The position numbers and the translations under genes were made by a program. The notes under the pieces were generated by a model. The model did not search any database, was not told where the DNA came from, and worked only from the letters and a program-made list of their open reading frames with translations. DNA of 63,623 nt, counting the filler, from Octopus bimaculoides (lineage: Eukaryota), in NCBI RefSeq assembly GCF_001194135.2. It is 7 parts of 7 records of this genome, joined end to end, with 100 filler letters (N's around TTAATTAATTAA, not from the genome) between each part and the next. Parts side by side here need not be neighbours in the genome. Positions count along the whole stretch, not along the records: positions 60,144 to 63,623 come from NC_068992.1; 6 more parts are not named here. One strand, given 5' to 3'. Below, one piece after another: positions 62,869 through 63,623 of the stretch (position 1 is the first letter of the stretch; every line of letters begins with the position of its first letter).

Positions 62869-63623
62869 CATTCATACACAATATATACATGTATATGGAT
62901 TTATAGAATCCAATGGTAACCACAAAAATGCTCCTTTGGTGGACTAGGCTATGTACCACTCAGTAATCCAGTAGAGATTAGTGTAATGCAGAATCAAATT
63001 CAGCTAATGTCCAGTAAATCCAATCTACGAAGCCATTTCATGGCCTGTATATAGAACATGAAATGTTAGGAGGTATGAGAAATGACGGCCGTTTCGAAGC
63101 CTTAATCATGTAATAATATTTTTTTAATTCTTGCGCATAATAAATCATATTTCAATTCTGCACTAATATGCATGCTATATATTGCATGGTACTATGCTAC
63201 ATTTAGAATTCAATGAAGATATAGGAGGTAACTAGCTCTTCAGATCAGCAGAACATCCTGGTTGCACTAATTTTCCAACTCCGCTATATACACATAAAAA
63301 AAAAAAAATCTCTATGTGTGGAGGTCCGATAATTGATAAAAATTGATCGCAGAGAGGAAAAAAAGAGATTTAGTAAAATGTTAAAGAAAATGATAAGTAG
63401 TGGTGTTGGTAAACGTGTTTATTATGGTAGTTGGAACTTAGAGTCCCTCTTAGCGTGAGTCATTCATGTATAGTAATGTCCTTATATAAATAAATATATT
63501 TTGGGGAATAAATGATGGATTTTTCCCTTATGAGGTTTTTTTTTACGCTAGCTACTTGATAAATTCTTATAACAGAATTCATCCTATTATTGAATGTATA
63601 TATATATATAAATATATATATAT

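Noticed and set aside
63075-63115. Minus-strand CGAAACGGCCGTC resembling a hammerhead stem III
   Set aside because: The upstream core reads AUGAUUA with no stem I or II support.

Overview
This is AT-rich, microsatellite-saturated eukaryotic genomic DNA with many N gaps. The SINE families look like those of an octopod cephalopod (inferred from recalled repeat consensus, not verified). Six identical artificial spacers (44 N + TTAATTAATTAA + 44 N) show the window is a concatenation of about seven scaffolds, so adjacency across them may not be biological. One host gene is supported: a PIM-family Ser/Thr kinase on the minus strand, with three coding exons (47424-47013, 46343-46167, 45813-45626). 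Its N-terminal glycine-loop exon(s) are not visible. The rest is repeat: five or more SINE families, decayed LINEs (R4/Dong-type RLE, RTE, L1/Tx1, CR1/L2-like), Penelope-like RT fragments, mariner, DD37D and hAT relics, an internally deleted Gypsy element carrying a nested ORF1-only retroelement, and higher-order micro/minisatellites. The most interesting signals are (i) several minimal type-I hammerhead-ribozyme motifs, one near-canonical at 13458-13501, probably Penelope-derived; (ii) an ORF1-only polyadenylated L1/Tx1-like insertion; (iii) an LTR flanked by both a PPT and a PBS; and (iv) the unresolved N-lobe of the PIM kinase. Almost all ORF-track entries are low-complexity or N-gap artefacts. 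Coordinates of decayed elements are approximate.
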